40,511 nt of DNA from Candidatus Micrarchaeota archaeon (lineage in GTDB: Archaea; Micrarchaeota; Micrarchaeia; Anstonellales; Bilamarchaeaceae): assembly GCA_041694845.1 (NCBI GenBank), contig JBGFRY010000030.1, positions 1 through 40,511 on the forward strand. Reading direction: 5' to 3'. The position numbers were made by a program, and so were the translations under genes. Within the stretch, counting starts at the first letter, position 1. Every line of letters begins with the position of its first letter. Positions 18,401-25,987 of this stretch are shown one piece after another. A model generated the notes under the pieces. That model was not told the origin of the DNA. It searched no databases and worked only from the letters and a program-made list of their open reading frames with translations.

Positions 18401-19038
18401 ATTCTAATCCTTTGCAGGCTAGTGATTATAGCACTCTTAATATACCAGACAGTTGTGCACTTGAGAAAGCATCGCACTTTATTTTAGAAGGGAAGCAGGC
18501 ATATCTCTATCAAAAACAATATACAATGCCGCAGGATAAAGTGCTATGCATGAAAAAAAATGATATCGAAAAAATAATAGATCCTTCAGTTAATTTAAAA
18601 TGCGCAAATGGAGCAGAATGCACTCTTCCAGTAGGTGCAACTAATAAAGCAGATTATAAATGCCAACAAAACAACATCCCTGAGCCCTGTAAGCAATGTG
18701 CTCTTGATACGCGACAACTTGAATGTAGGATAACCCAGTTAGACGGCAGTAAATTAACTAATATCTATAATATTACTGACTTCAATGACGCATACCAGCA
18801 ATTTATTGGAAGCATGCCTTATGGTGAGCAGTGCTGCCTTCAAGGTAGTACTGGGTTGAATTACACATATATAAAAAATACAATAACGCCAAAAGCAAGT
18901 GCACCTTTAATGTATTCAAAAAAAGGTTATGAGAATGAAGATTGTGGTCAGATGGATACTTCTATGTTTGATACATTATGTGGGATGCCGATGCTTCCTC
19001 AAGTAAGCACTAATAAAATAGAATGCAAAATAAAATAA
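15442..19038 (+). CDS. Giant Cys-rich exported protein, predicted lipoprotein (about 1,198 aa)
   Basis: N-terminal TM/signal ends in the lipobox-like FATAGC. About 49 Cys by hand count and many N-x-S/T sequons. No domain recognised by eye. The ATG overlaps the P6 stop (TGATG), so it is co-operonic. Confidence 0.85.
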   Translation: MIRRNKNKHYLLTFVFIAIMIIVFISIFATAGCTIKKNTSFGCCDKKYAAQNGECKYIDSNMDQYKKDLGLESGEVIQTNNCDIKKGYCNVSINKITQASPDSIEIPICSQPEITDCIQSNCNAMVCGPFKFTPSLPSSGFIAIESGSKGYSPEMLTGLMGSTCKFVPIDENLKNVFKNTRNSFVNTFRVGFGPSFESYQRGSLIYPHTDKFCGINPVGTMDRFENYLITLDSASVLNGKSIDYAEQHGLKIFNPVKYFNDPGICINDTLIEPFNTTNYGYSVSGVQPAYTNFMNSYKFTYYNKQVGILKEGGFVSLDSLSPINLYTYSQIDRAFYAKALPFIYRGDYDIGNVKMPFECNLEATECKSGTCATKDYSREVCIDKDTGEAVFCDCITWSDNKGDGLLGAGNAVLCMPRWWYGDFLMSDLTPLDEESSINYEKIMDTSYMAYPLTISTNIETRLAESHMNELIFRNIETKSVGYNMDELVLNRDNWNVGGLDSLFPAAIVFFGSMEGDDYKNVRENHQEEIGFSLLLKDQFENTALVKNCQMKEGIDYIVYNFTSYDQADSFGHVPYGYYNYEDIYYEDNYYKEDYRYSPNYISILSTGRCKLEKGSHEEMPKLRRYGWCEPCSYATIALQVVKTTTPSYLPGAIIPLLPPSVSSSKTQASADAYQGLDGWCDPSSYCKSLCSIGCKKWDYGSCDEYYDQSLTDPIIFGSSGTLWHPATGIKCGDAYPWPTTNPEITYLQTQLTDLLSRGVLPVLDLSDDEIWKAVQVKNIFGSKIGEYSDYNIKYLLGLNKGPIIVVIKSFDSQISDHSSIDALIKYRSEQVKYYCSKCLVAVHVSNANTENDLKTLESLFKLIPNHSSCYDFKDIPVFCNKDLVNAIDIITFNVNLKDYSDNTICTATDVPYYSYMPIVTNITQFGRDVLYLFQKPTLIQHFNATGFCGNDEKKTQSALSYMFTNQLHFAKAGITGMIITNPDYKTYSNPLQASDYSTLNIPDSCALEKASHFILEGKQAYLYQKQYTMPQDKVLCMKKNDIEKIIDPSVNLKCANGAECTLPVGATNKADYKCQQNNIPEPCKQCALDTRQLECRITQLDGSKLTNIYNITDFNDAYQQFIGSMPYGEQCCLQGSTGLNYTYIKNTITPKASAPLMYSKKGYENEDCGQMDTSMFDTLCGMPMLPQVSTNKIECKIK

Positions 19039-19124
19039 ATATAAATAAATAATGTAAATTAATATATAACTTATATAAATGAGTATATAGATAAGTTAAA
19101 TAATCATAGAGCGATTTGATTCAC

Positions 19125-22100
19125 ATGATTCGGTCAGGTTTAATTAGTTCTAGTATTTGTGTATTCTTTCTCTTTATATTTACTTCAACCGGTTTCTCGC
19201 AGATGCCAGTGATGTGCATACAAGGGCAGCATTTTTACACTTATTTTTCAACAATGCAAAATGAATCACAAACTATTATAAGTAGTCGTCTTGTTTATGA
19301 GAATATTGCAGTCAAGCCACCATTACAACCTGTTATATTTGCTCCATTATTTATATATGTATATAACGACACATGGGATGGTAAACTAATTCTTACCTAT
19401 ACTAATAATGATGGCTATGCAACTATAAATATCTCAAAGCATGTGCCTGAGAAAAGTTGTTACAATGTAAGAATTATCTACTGTAATGCTGATGAAATAA
19501 CCATCTCTTGTCTTGAAAATTTCGGTGTAAAAAAACCTATATTAGATTGGTTGAAAGCACAAGCGCAGATTGAAAAGATAAGTACTCTTATGTTCTATCC
19601 AATTTCAATTCTTAGTTTTAGTAGTGATACTTTTGACATGAGTTTATTTAAGAATTCGCCTTCAGGTCCTCTGTCGTTTTTCACTCCTAAGTGGTACCGA
19701 TATTATACAAGCCAAATGCCAGATACCTATTCTCATTCATCAACTATTACATTAAGCTCTGCATTAGATGAGATTCAGATGTGTGGTGGTGGCGCAACAG
19801 TTGCTCCTGCAGCAACAGTATCATTTTGCATACCTTTAATATTGATATTCGCGCTTATGGCAGGAGGGCTTTTCCTCTCTGGAAAAAACCCACTTATGGG
19901 ATTTGATTTTGCAACACCGAGAATTGGTAAATATTACGGAAGATACAGTGCTCGTGGAAGAGGATGGTTTTTTGATTTAAGCTCAATAAGAACTTTTGCA
20001 TCAGGAATTCAATCTGCAAAATCAGATGTAGTGAATCTTAAATCAGAAGGATATATTGGGATGATTACAAGAGATATTAAATCTATGTTCAGTGGTTTAA
20101 CCACATCTTCTGAAAAAGTTAAAGATAGTGCTAAGACACCAGGAAGTGCTTCAAGCGTCAGCCAAGCTGCTGTAAAACTTGGTCTTGGTACTGGAAGAAG
20201 AGGAATGGCTTTGTTCGGGTTGGAACGTGTTGCAGGTGGTGGCGGGATAGTTGCAAAAGGCAAGGCAGTATCATATATTTCGAGTAGATGGGGAGAGTAT
20301 AAACAAGAAAAAGGAAAAGATGCTATAGTTTATGGCCACAGTCACACTGTTTCAACAATTTTAGGAGCTATCATAGGATATTTTGATCTCCCTGGTATAA
20401 TTAATTGGATAAATGTTTTTGCAGGAACTCAAAAGGACTGGAAGCAGATTTTTGGGAACCTGGCAAAACCAAGTAAGTCGAATGCGCGAGAAACACTTAA
20501 AAAAACTGGACCAAACGGTGAAGGCATTCAAATTAGCTATGAATATGAGAGTATTAACTATGAATATGCGAATCAAACAACAAAAAACAAATATAAGAAA
20601 ACTTTTACTTTACAGCAACTTCATGATGGAAAATTTATAATAACTGTAGATGAGAAAAAGATTACAGTTAACACAAGCGATCAAGATGATGTTGGAAAAG
20701 CTGCAAAAGAATTAGGTATAGAACCACAACGGATCATTGAGATGAAAACAGAGTTCGAGAAGCAGAGAACTGCAGCTGCTTTTGTTGTTTTTGAAGCAGC
20801 ACATGCAAGAAATATGAAAGTAGGCAGTACTATTAGCTCATTAGCTTCAGAGATGGCTAAGAAGATAGAAGATAGAATTAAAGAATATGAAGAAAGCAAA
20901 GAAACTGCAACTGATCTTAATGATGTAATAAAAAAAATCGCCATGCTCCAAAAAGAAAAAGAGAACTATCAAATAATTGCAGCATATTATGCAGGGCATG
21001 TTGATAATGATAGATACAATGATGCAGTAAAAGATTTATATTCAAGTAAAAAAATGTCAGATGAGATTGGATTGCAAATAGATATTTTTAACATAACAAA
21101 GAAAGAAGTGGAATATACACAACGGTTTGCAAATACTTCATTTATTATCTTTAATATTTTGCAACAACAAAAACAGGTTTCATCATCACTTAATGGAGAA
21201 ATCAGTGCTGCAACTGATTCAGTTAGTAAACTTGGAGACTATATATTGAAAGCATCAAATCAATCAAAAGATGTTTATGATGAAACATTTTCTAAAAAAA
21301 TTGAATTGGCAATTGCTGATGCAAATCTTAAAACTGCACGTGCAGAAGCAGCAGGTGCTTTATATTATACTCTTCCCCCAGATACTAAGCTAGAGGATTT
21401 TCAGAAATTGAAATTGCCAGAACTAGATATAAATGTCCCTGCAGAAATGGATAAAAACTACTTTGTTCATAAGAAAGCCGAGATCTATAAAGATCTTACA
21501 AAACTATACACAAGTGTTTCTCAGTATGCTCTTTATATCGAAAATGAAAATGTAGGACCGCGAGTCACTCCCAAACTTGCAGATGACATAGCAAATATAG
21601 GGAATTATGCTGTGAAATCTGCAAAAACTATTAGTGATGCCTCTTTAATGTTGGAGACTCTATTAATCGCTTCATCTGCTGATCACTATCTAACAGATTA
21701 TTCTACAATAAATGGCCTTATTGTCCTTTACGCAACTGATAAAACTGATAATCAACGAAATAATCGCATTCAATATATGAATATATATCTTGAGGTTAAC
21801 AATAACCACAACGCAGCGCAGCGAAAAGCGCTTGGAGGGATGATGGAGACAGAAGATGGTGTTAATAAAGTGATGAGCTGGTTAGAGAGCCGTAGTAGTG
21901 TACCTAAATATAAAACTATCGTAGAAGGAATAAAGGATGGAACAATTATAAGAGTACGAGAAAGAGATATGGATCTTAATAATCCAGCTATCAAAAGTGC
22001 AGTTGCAGACGTACTAGTAAAGCACTTACCAGATCAAGATTTAGATCGCTTTCTTGAGTTAAAAATAGATTACAAAAAAGGATTTGAAGAATTATTTGCA

Positions 22101-22346
22101 GTACAGTATAAGGCTCCGGCAGAGAGTGATAGTGATGAAAATAAGCAGAAATATGAAGATCATTTAATAGAGATTTATAAGAAAATGGAGGACCCTATAG
22201 TAAAAATTGTTACTGACAATATCAAAGTATATAATGATAGGATATCCATAGCTGACGCTACTGAAATAGTTAAAAGATTACAGAACCGCGGTCTTAAACA
22301 AACTGCCGATAAATTTAAAACTATTTATTTGTCAGATAAAAAATAA
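19125..22346 (+). CDS. Large bitopic membrane protein: exported N-domain, one TM, roughly 800-aa helical cytoplasmic region
   Basis: Signal-like MIRSGLISSSICVFFLFIFTSTGFSQ. Beta-rich N-domain of about 200 aa. TM VSFCIPLILIFALMAGGLFLSG (about nt 19812-19880). Then a Gly/Arg-rich linker and a long Lys/Glu/Ala-rich predicted helical region. An own A/T-rich promoter-like spacer lies at 19039-19115. Alternative TTG start at 19116. Confidence 0.8.
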   Translation: MIRSGLISSSICVFFLFIFTSTGFSQMPVMCIQGQHFYTYFSTMQNESQTIISSRLVYENIAVKPPLQPVIFAPLFIYVYNDTWDGKLILTYTNNDGYATINISKHVPEKSCYNVRIIYCNADEITISCLENFGVKKPILDWLKAQAQIEKISTLMFYPISILSFSSDTFDMSLFKNSPSGPLSFFTPKWYRYYTSQMPDTYSHSSTITLSSALDEIQMCGGGATVAPAATVSFCIPLILIFALMAGGLFLSGKNPLMGFDFATPRIGKYYGRYSARGRGWFFDLSSIRTFASGIQSAKSDVVNLKSEGYIGMITRDIKSMFSGLTTSSEKVKDSAKTPGSASSVSQAAVKLGLGTGRRGMALFGLERVAGGGGIVAKGKAVSYISSRWGEYKQEKGKDAIVYGHSHTVSTILGAIIGYFDLPGIINWINVFAGTQKDWKQIFGNLAKPSKSNARETLKKTGPNGEGIQISYEYESINYEYANQTTKNKYKKTFTLQQLHDGKFIITVDEKKITVNTSDQDDVGKAAKELGIEPQRIIEMKTEFEKQRTAAAFVVFEAAHARNMKVGSTISSLASEMAKKIEDRIKEYEESKETATDLNDVIKKIAMLQKEKENYQIIAAYYAGHVDNDRYNDAVKDLYSSKKMSDEIGLQIDIFNITKKEVEYTQRFANTSFIIFNILQQQKQVSSSLNGEISAATDSVSKLGDYILKASNQSKDVYDETFSKKIELAIADANLKTARAEAAGALYYTLPPDTKLEDFQKLKLPELDINVPAEMDKNYFVHKKAEIYKDLTKLYTSVSQYALYIENENVGPRVTPKLADDIANIGNYAVKSAKTISDASLMLETLLIASSADHYLTDYSTINGLIVLYATDKTDNQRNNRIQYMNIYLEVNNNHNAAQRKALGGMMETEDGVNKVMSWLESRSSVPKYKTIVEGIKDGTIIRVRERDMDLNNPAIKSAVADVLVKHLPDQDLDRFLELKIDYKKGFEELFAVQYKAPAESDSDENKQKYEDHLIEIYKKMEDPIVKIVTDNIKVYNDRISIADATEIVKRLQNRGLKQTADKFKTIYLSDKK

Positions 22347-22361
22347 TTAAAAGTTTTTCTT

Positions 22362-22700
22362 ATGGGATTTTTAAGCGATATTTTAAAGACAATGGTTGGA
22401 GGAGGTATAGAGGTAAAAAAAGGACCTAAGCAGAAATGCCCTAATTGCAAGGAAGATATTACTTTGGATATGAAGCGCTGTCCTAAATGTGGGGTTCATA
22501 TAAGCTCAATGTTTAGAATGAAATGCCCAAAATGTAAAGAACTGAACGAGCTTGATGCAAAAAAATGCAAGAAGTGTGATTATAATTTTGAAGCAGAGCT
22601 AAAACGTGCTGAAGAAAGTGTTTATATATGCCAAATATGTCAGTATAAAAGTAAAGTGTTTCTTACTTCCTGTCCTGCATGCAATACGAGATTTATATAG
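22362..22700 (+). CDS. Triple zinc-ribbon protein
   Basis: Six CxxC pairs in 112 aa: CPNC/CPKC, CPKC/CKKC, CQIC/CPAC. Confidence 0.7.
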   Translation: MGFLSDILKTMVGGGIEVKKGPKQKCPNCKEDITLDMKRCPKCGVHISSMFRMKCPKCKELNELDAKKCKKCDYNFEAELKRAEESVYICQICQYKSKVFLTSCPACNTRFI

Positions 22701-22738
22701 GATATATAAAATACGAAATGCAGTGAGTGTGATTTAAA

Positions 22739-23314
22739 GTGTATGAGAAATTTAAAACCGATACAAACCAAGAAGAAAAAAAAGAAAAGAAAGATGTAGA
22801 AAAGAAAAAATTTAATATTTTGCTTGAAGAGGACAATGTTGAGATAAAGCTTCTTGAAGAAGCTGATGTTGAAGAAGTAGTAAAAGTCATGCGAAAATGC
22901 TCGTTTGACGTTACAGATAAAGAAGTTTCTCTGATTACTGTATATGGGATGTCTTTTGGTGCTTTTGTCAACCGTATACTTATTGGTGTTGGGCTAGGCT
23001 GGCCTGCAAATTTTGATGAAAATCAAAAAAAGATTATGGGTGGAGAAGCTAACGCTATATATATGGAAGATGCAGCAATTTTGATCTCTTACGAAGGAAG
23101 AGGAATTAGAAGAATTCTTCTAAAAGAAAGAGAAAATGAAGCTAAAAATCGTAATTTTCTTTACTCTGTGGCTTATCTCTCAGCTGACTTACCAAAAAGC
23201 GGGGTTGACGACTACATAAAAGAAGCTGGAAGTCAAGTTGAGAAACTCTATCTATCAGAGAGTTATGAATTTATGAAAACTGATAAAGGCATTTTAGTAA
23301 TGAAAAAATTATAA
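22739..23314 (+). CDS. GNAT-family N-acetyltransferase-like protein with Lys/Glu-rich N-terminal tail
   Basis: The ILISYEGRGIRRILLKERENEAKNRNF block resembles the GNAT acetyl-CoA motif A (R/Q-x-x-G-x-G/A). The surrounding beta/alpha pattern is compatible. GTG start. Confidence 0.55.
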   Translation: MYEKFKTDTNQEEKKEKKDVEKKKFNILLEEDNVEIKLLEEADVEEVVKVMRKCSFDVTDKEVSLITVYGMSFGAFVNRILIGVGLGWPANFDENQKKIMGGEANAIYMEDAAILISYEGRGIRRILLKERENEAKNRNFLYSVAYLSADLPKSGVDDYIKEAGSQVEKLYLSESYEFMKTDKGILVMKKL

Positions 23315-23358
23315 TTTATATAGAATCAATTAAGTAATGCTAATCTATTACAATCTGC

Positions 23359-25077
23359 CTATTTTTTTATCAGATTATACATTAGAGATACTAAAACAAT
23401 AATTAGAATAACTACAATGAAATAAAAAATACTCTCACCATTCTTAGTACCTTTAATAGTTTCATTTTTTTCAGTTAATCGTTTTTTTATTTCTTCTGTT
23501 GCTTCATCCAACCCTTCTGCAAATTTGAATATTTTATACGCAACATTCTCAGTTCCTTTTTGCTGTGCCAGAAATACTCCATGGCCTTGGTAAAGTTTTC
23601 CCCAGAGCGAGCTCCTATTTTTTCCTTTCATTTCTTCTATTTCGTCATTTATCTGATTTGAGCTATGCGTCTTAATATAATCAATTGCATGTACACTTGT
23701 TATGATGAAAACAGAATCGTATACTGCTCCTGCGTATAATTCCTTATCAAAAAGATTTTTTGCTGCTTGCAAATGAAACTTTAAATCATTGTCATAAATA
23801 GTAAGCGACTGCGCTTCTTCTAATTTATCTTTGGCAAGTTCTTTGAGTGATGATTCATCAATTTCTTTTCCTTTTTCATCAATCATGTTTCTTAACTCAT
23901 TAGAGACATGACACCATGCATCAGCATACATTAATTCATTGAATACAAAATATTTTTCGTCAGCAAGCAATGGCTCATCTACATTAGTATTGCTAATTTT
24001 TGTTAGTGCCCATTCCTTTCTTATATCAGCACCAGCCAACCACTCAAAATTATTAAAAGTTTTCTTATAATTCTTAAGTGCATTGACACATGCAATTACT
24101 CTTTCCTTTTCTTTGTATAAATCCAGATTTTCAACATTCTCCAAAATTCCCAAAGAGGTTGCATAAATATAATTTAAAAACGCTCCGTTAGCAGCAGTAA
24201 ATATATAACCTTTTTCAAGAAGAACCTTTTGATTTTCAATTTCCTGTAAAAAGAATTTTTTAAGTTCTTTAGTTTCATTCAACGATTCTGATAAGGAGTA
24301 TACTCTTTTACTCTCGAGTTCAATCATCGCTAGAGCAATCTCTTTAAATTTTGTAAGATCACCATTATCAAAGGTATCATGCACTGTCAAAGTAGGTAAG
24401 ACCTTTACTTCTGCCTTAAATTCTTTTTTTTCTATTGTTGTATTATAAAATATGAAATCTATTGCTTCATCTACATTTTCAATCTGAAGTATTTGCATTC
24501 CATACTGTTTTTCCAGTGGCTTTAATAGTAATATCTCGTGAATATCTTCAACTGGTATTATAAAATACTTTATTCCTTTTCTGCCAGCCATTTTTGATTT
24601 TTCATAAAGGCCACCTACTTTTTTAACATTGCCATCTTTGTCAATTGAACCAGTAAATGTAACATCATTAGGAATAGTAAAATTGTTTATTGCTGCATAT
24701 ACCAAAACAGAAAATGCTACGCCAGCACTTGGCCCTTCGACATACCCAGTAAGACCTTTTCCTTCTATTTTTATAAGTACATTGCATTCATCAATGTATT
24801 TATTACTTCTTGAAAAAGCATATGTAACTGCATCTGTGGCAGATTTTTGCGTAGATGTCCCTGTTGGCGGATGTGTTTGGAGATAAACAGTACCATCCCC
24901 ATTAACAAGATTTAAAGATACATCTATTAGCTTTCCAGTTGTCTGCAAACCTGTTTCATCACTTACTATTGCGGGTACAACACTACCAGCATACCCTAAA
25001 CATTCTGCTGTTCCTGAATTAATTAATAGAGGTAAATAGAATGCAATAAATAGTATTAATTTTATGGACGATTTCAT
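23359..25077 (-). CDS. Exported, C-terminally membrane-anchored Lon-type (MEROPS S16) serine peptidase domain protein
   Basis: N-terminal signal MKSSIKLILFIAFYLPLLINSGTA. S16 proteolytic-domain blocks YVEGPSAGVAFSVLVYAAI (catalytic Ser) and TGSIDKDGNVKKVGGLYEKSKMAGRKGIKYFIIP (catalytic Lys region). No AAA+ module. Roughly 330-aa helical domain, then C-terminal TM FYFIVVILIIVLVSLMYNLI. Confidence 0.75.
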   Translation of the reverse strand: MKSSIKLILFIAFYLPLLINSGTAECLGYAGSVVPAIVSDETGLQTTGKLIDVSLNLVNGDGTVYLQTHPPTGTSTQKSATDAVTYAFSRSNKYIDECNVLIKIEGKGLTGYVEGPSAGVAFSVLVYAAINNFTIPNDVTFTGSIDKDGNVKKVGGLYEKSKMAGRKGIKYFIIPVEDIHEILLLKPLEKQYGMQILQIENVDEAIDFIFYNTTIEKKEFKAEVKVLPTLTVHDTFDNGDLTKFKEIALAMIELESKRVYSLSESLNETKELKKFFLQEIENQKVLLEKGYIFTAANGAFLNYIYATSLGILENVENLDLYKEKERVIACVNALKNYKKTFNNFEWLAGADIRKEWALTKISNTNVDEPLLADEKYFVFNELMYADAWCHVSNELRNMIDEKGKEIDESSLKELAKDKLEEAQSLTIYDNDLKFHLQAAKNLFDKELYAGAVYDSVFIITSVHAIDYIKTHSSNQINDEIEEMKGKNRSSLWGKLYQGHGVFLAQQKGTENVAYKIFKFAEGLDEATEEIKKRLTEKNETIKGTKNGESIFYFIVVILIIVLVSLMYNLIKK

Positions 25078-25138
25078 TGTTTTATTTATTTAGCAAATAT
25101 TTATATTTTTGAGCTATGTAATGTAATAGAGTGACCAG

Positions 25139-25987
25139 ATGGACATCATAACACAGAGAGAAGCGAGTAGGTATATTGAGCTATGGAAACATAGCTACGA
25201 TCTAAAATTTAGATTACATACTATTTCAGACGATGGAAGTGATGCTGCCCATATTTTAAAATTAACTACTGATCTGCAGACAATTTCTGAAGAATTAGAC
25301 GTTCTTAAGGAAAAGTTTCAAAAGGCAAAATTCAGAATAGGATTGTTTGCTGACGATATAATTAAACAATTAAGCCAAGACATTTATAATTACAAAATAG
25401 AAGAATTACAATTTGCTATGGTGAATAAGAGTGGAAAGGCATACGAACTTCTTTATAAGTTTAATTCATTACTACGACAAAACGCAGAGAATCGAGCAGA
25501 TCTTGCAAAACTTTTTATTCTAATCAACATGCTTTCAGATGAAGAAGTAGATAAATGCATAAATGTTATTTATAGTATGGATTTTCAAGAACCACTATCA
25601 CTCAATTGCAACGAAGAGATGAAAAATTCTATTGTAAAATTCCTAAAGCGCATTGGTTTTTCAGTATGTTTGAATAATGGAGAAATTAGGCCTACAAAAA
25701 ATCGTTCTACAGACGAAGTAAAAGTTGTAATTGCTCATAAAAAGGTATGGATTCCTGAAGTAGTTGCTGATAAAGTAAAGATGACTGTTGATAAAATTAA
25801 TGCATTAAGTGTTCAACTTCAGATTATAAGCGCAGAAAGACAGAATAAAAAATTCTCAGATAGTGAAGAACAAAATTTTGTTAAGCTGCAGAGAGAATAT
25901 CTAAACCTCCTCAAAGAACAGGATAGACTACTAAAAGATTTTTCTGAAGAAGATTCGCTTGTTTATAAACAATCCTTTGCTACATAA
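25139..25987 (+). CDS. Hypothetical coiled-coil protein
   Basis: Intact 282-aa ORF with heptad-like Lys/Glu/Leu-rich ends. No recognisable motif. Its 3' end overlaps the convergent elp3 by 25 nt. Confidence 0.5.
   Translation: MDIITQREASRYIELWKHSYDLKFRLHTISDDGSDAAHILKLTTDLQTISEELDVLKEKFQKAKFRIGLFADDIIKQLSQDIYNYKIEELQFAMVNKSGKAYELLYKFNSLLRQNAENRADLAKLFILINMLSDEEVDKCINVIYSMDFQEPLSLNCNEEMKNSIVKFLKRIGFSVCLNNGEIRPTKNRSTDEVKVVIAHKKVWIPEVVADKVKMTVDKINALSVQLQIISAERQNKKFSDSEEQNFVKLQREYLNLLKEQDRLLKDFSEEDSLVYKQSFAT

Noticed and set aside
8180-25077. Integrated provirus, conjugative element or type IV secretion island
   Set aside because: No integrase, capsid-like, VirB4/HerA/FtsK-type ATPase, relaxase or pilin genes were seen, and no flanking repeats. 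Base composition and codon style look the same as the flanking housekeeping genes. Not excluded, but unsupported by the sequence.
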